A DNA stretch of 64,000 nt, from the IMG/VR virus record IMGVR_UViG_3300049460_000128, positions 1-64,000 of that record. The stretch is one strand, 5' to 3'. Position 1 is the first letter of the stretch. Every line of letters starts with the position of its first letter. Shown here piece by piece: positions 63,744-64,000 of this stretch. Under the pieces are notes generated by a model, which made no database searches, was not told the origin of the DNA, and saw only the letters and a program-made list of their open reading frames with translations. The position numbers were made by a program, and so were the translations under genes.

Positions 63744-64000
63744 TTAGTCGCTCAATTTCGAGATATACTCAGTCAAGCTAGATTTGAAGTCATTGATCAA
63801 GCCGTTGAAGTGTTGGGCAGCAACCTTACCCTCAACATCGCCATCTTTCATAGCCTGGTTGTACATGCTTTGGATCTTGGTCTTCATCGCGGTCAAGTCA
63901 GCATTCAAGCTGCTAAGGGCGTCAACTGATTGTTGTGATGCACCGAAGAAATTATTCACGGCCACATCTTCGTCAATTGATTGCTCACCGCTTTCCATGA
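63744..64000 (-). CDS. hypothetical protein, probably 5'-truncated by window edge
   Basis: Open frame reaches the window end. Confidence 0.6.
   Translation of the reverse strand, partial: MESGEQSIDEDVAVNNFFGASQQSVDALSSLNADLTAMKTKIQSMYNQAMKDGDVEGKVAAQHFNGLINDFKSSLTEYISKLSD

Noticed and set aside
1-64000. CRISPR array, integrase or IS element
   Set aside because: No regularly spaced direct repeats, recombinase motifs or transposase motifs were seen.
1-64000. Stop-codon reassignment
   Set aside because: Core genes are full length in the standard code, and TAA, TGA and TAG all end genes.

Overview
This is a 64 kb segment of a large (jumbo-type) T4-distant myophage genome, with almost all genes on the minus strand. 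The right two thirds hold core modules: terminase large subunit, gp32 SSB, UvsX, UvsY, UvsW, primase, gp41-like helicase, a mini DnaE-like protein, class Ia RNR (nrdA/nrdB) with an Acb1-like anti-CBASS gene and an NDT-like gene between them, head/virion proteins and two homing endonucleases. The left ~15 kb is an accessory region of small genes under sigma70-type promoters that share a 14-bp pseudo-palindromic spacer motif. It also encodes an RpoH-like sigma factor and an MHFG-type PEP-CTERM protein, which points to a proteobacterial, probably betaproteobacterial, host. The most striking content is non-coding. There is a circularly permuted (two-piece) tmRNA with tag ANDSSFRQAVAA. There is a ~350-nt RNA closed by an 18-bp helix that carries a near-exact but split copy of the 23S rRNA GTPase-associated centre (H43/H44, the uL11 site). 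Several tRNA frames carry 80-110-nt structured inserts at different positions (D-loop, anticodon arm, variable loop), and several more structured RNAs lie nearby. Together these look like a phage repertoire of RNAs that mimic the translation apparatus. All protein calls come from motif recognition by eye. No database searches were run.
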